Below, in pieces: positions 61,238 to 64,000 of a DNA stretch of 64,000 nucleotides. The stretch covers positions 1,683,710-1,747,709 of the forward strand of contig NW_003314264.1 of NCBI RefSeq assembly GCF_000143415.4, given 5' to 3'. The notes beneath the pieces were generated by a model that was given only the letters and a program-made list of their open reading frames with translations, made no database searches and was not told the DNA's origin. Source of the DNA: Selaginella moellendorffii. Taxonomy: Eukaryota; Plantae; Lycopodiophyta. Position 1 is the first letter of the stretch. The number at the start of each line of letters is the position of its first letter. A program made the position numbers and the translations under genes.

Positions 61238-63963
61238 GTGCCATGATGCAATATGGGGGATAGAAAGTGGTTAGTAAGGGAACGATTTTGGGATCTTGGG
61301 AATAGTATAAAGTTTTCCTCAGGGATTCTAGGATTTTATCTAGATGAGTGTTTGACTTAGTAAATTGGCTAATGTAGTTGTGGTAAAAAACTATAGTTGG
61401 GATCACAGAAAAGATAGAGACTCCAAAATAATAAAAGAGTCACAAGATTATTTTCATATAGTTAAGGTTGGTCCTCATGAATTTGAGACTAGAATTAATG
61501 ACCGTGGGAGGTCAAATATGGATGACAACACGAGTCCTTGAAATGGTAGTCGGGGTTACCTTTTATAAATGTTAGAACAACCCAAAGAGTTGGGGGTGTA
61601 CTTAGAGGATGAGTCAATGTTCTTATCATATGGATAGATAGTCCTAAGGAGCAAAAGTAACCCATCTGGAACAAAAAATAATCAAGTGTTGGAGTAACAC
61701 TTGCAAAGATGGTCCTTATGAGTAGGACATGAATACAAAAAGTTGTATTCCAGCGAGATGGCACCTCAAAAATAGGACTTTACAAGTCATCAAATTAACA
61801 AAGTCCAAAAAGTAGGATAACTCAAGTGAAGTCAAGAAATGGTCCTAAGGGATTGGGAGAAGCATTTGGATTGAGGTGTGTTGTACCCCACGAAGGATGG
61901 GGAAGATCATAAGATCTAAGTATGAGAGTAGTGGGTATCCCATTTGATGGCAGAATATGCTATACTAAAGTCGTATGAAAGGTGTTTTTGGAAGAAAGCA
62001 ACTTTGGCACAGAGTTGTGTGTGAACACCATGGTGTAATGCTAATTGATAGTTGGTATGAGAAACGACTATTTTGGTTTTAGCAAATATCTAGACACAAG
62101 TGGAAAGTGTTGTAAAGGTAAACTCGTGGAACCGATGGTGTGGAGACACAAAATGTGCCAAGATGTAATGCTTTGAGGTCAAGTTAATAGGTTCATGAGA
62201 ACCTTTTGCCAAAGGAATCTCAATGGAAATGAGAATGCCATATCCTAAGCTATAAGACATATAGTTAGAGTGTGGTGACCCAAATAATGATGGAAGTGTG
62301 GAAGCACTAACAATAAATTGTAAGATTTAACAAATATGAGGTAACTAAGCAAAAGATGCAACCTAATTGATTGAATTGGTAAAAATTAACTACTCAAGAC
62401 TTCTTTTTTTGATAAAGAGGTTAAATATACTCAGGATAAATTGTTTATGTTACAATATAGTAAGTCAAAATTGAAAAAGGAAATGCTCATTGTCAAAAAA
62501 GGATATCAGTGGGATATCTAAACACTCTAAAACACCAAAAAGTGGTATTTAGTATTATGAGGGCATTAGATAAAGCCTAAAGGACTAAATCCCTAGCAAA
62601 TAATAGATAGAAAGTGTTATCTAACACCCATAGTTGTGGAAACGGGAGAAGTCTGTATACCTGAATTGGACAAAGTCAAAAGAGATTTTGGCAAGGCTAA
62701 GGACAGACATATGAAAATTCATAAATAGCAACATTAATCCTAGTGTGCAGGATTACAAGGTGAGCATATTTAAATTGAGGAACCACTCCCTAAACTATTG
62801 GGTAGATTCATCCTTAAAACTACTTGCTAAAGCATGGTAGAAAGTGCAAAATTATCTTCTTATTCTAGAAAAGAATAACGAAAGGAAACGTGTGGGGCCA
62901 AAAGCAAAAAGTATAAAAGATAAGATTGAACCATAGAAAGTAAAAAACATAGCCAAGAGTGGTTATATAAATTGGAAGTGGGGAATTAAGTGGGTGCTCG
63001 AAAGTGTTGCTACTAGCAATTGTAAAGTCATGAAGAGTGTAAAGTATGAAATTATCCATGTTAGATTATATGGCAATTAAAAGGCTTACAAAAGGAGAGG
63101 CCTTAGTAAGATAAGGGATAGAGTCCTTTCAAGGTTCCCAAACACAACTCTAGGTAGGTTAGTATTTAAAAATACAATTGTAAATAGTTTATAAAATGTA
63201 CAAAATTAAAGTGGCACAGCAGAAATGTGATTTTGAAGCTTGCCATAAGACAAAGCTATTAAGATTGGGGAAGTAATTCCCGAGTGTTCAAAAAAATGGT
63301 TTTTAATGAAAATCAATGGTTAAGGACCTTTACGCTTATGGCCAAATATGTGAAGGACGTTTAACCCTAAGTATCTCAAGACCCTTAACTAATTAAAAAA
63401 AAGGGTGCACTCTTATTTATAGGCCTTTTCCTTTTATATTTAAACCTCATAAGTTGTTCTCTTTAGTTGTTTACATCATGGTGTTTCGAAATGTTGTCCC
63501 AAAGTCCCAGATTGTGAAAAGGAAGAAGAGCAATCCTCTTGTATAGTGATCAAGAATGTGATTATGTAGCAAAGAAGTCTTAAAGGTTGATGAGATATAG
63601 TGGTTGAGCCTTTGGACCTTGACCCAATAGCACTATCAGGGAACACAGTTGAGGATAGAGAGGAACTTAATGGGGACTGAAAAAAAGAGATGCTGAGGAA
63701 GGTTATTCTTTATGTCTTTAAACATCCTAAAGATATTAAGGAGTGGTTTTGGGATGATTACTAATAAATAGATGGCTTAGTTTTTGAGAGACGAGACTAT
63801 AGTATAAATGGTCTAAGATCTTTGGACCCATAAATGCCATTTGTGAGGCTAGCATATCCCCAAGTCAGAAATAAAACTTATGGAGTTAGTGAGTGAAATT
63901 CCTTTAAGTGGTTATAAATGTGGTTAAATGGCTAAAGTAGAATGGAAAATTTAATCGCTTACA
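61238..63963 (+). mobile_element. Older, AT-eroded plus-strand family A copy (internal region plus truncated LTR ending ...CGCTTACA at 63963), with a Cassandra LTR fragment at ~63350-63476
   Basis: Reverse-complement homology to 52200-54280 and to the LTR terminus. Confidence 0.8.
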
Positions 63964-64000
63964 TTATCATAGTTTATATTTTTTTAAACTTCAGAATAAT

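Overview
Eukaryotic plant genomic DNA. The GC-rich exons, ~50-60 nt GT-AG introns, Tcn1-like chromovirus and Crinkler-like genes suggest a compact non-seed plant genome such as Selaginella (inference only). The first ~17 kb is gene space. It holds the 3' end of a tail-anchored protein gene, then a decaying tandem array in which a Crinkler (CR)-type nuclease-fold+kinase gene alternates with a small secreted 8-Cys protein gene. It also holds an intact CLC-d chloride/proton antiporter gene (minus strand), LINE remnants, and a disrupted CR-type P-loop NTPase + SAP + PD-(D/E)XK-like gene. From ~18 kb to the end is a nested LTR-retrotransposon block. It contains many copies of a coding-dead LTR family (A) with hexamer/12-mer satellites inside its LTRs, 5S-rDNA-carrying Cassandra TRIMs, a three-LTR tandem element (family B) with a single TSD, a MITE, and a chromovirus with a deleted gag, a fold-back 5' LTR and a clear -1 frameshift slippery site with pseudoknot. 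Two 100-N assembly gaps lie inside the tandem element.
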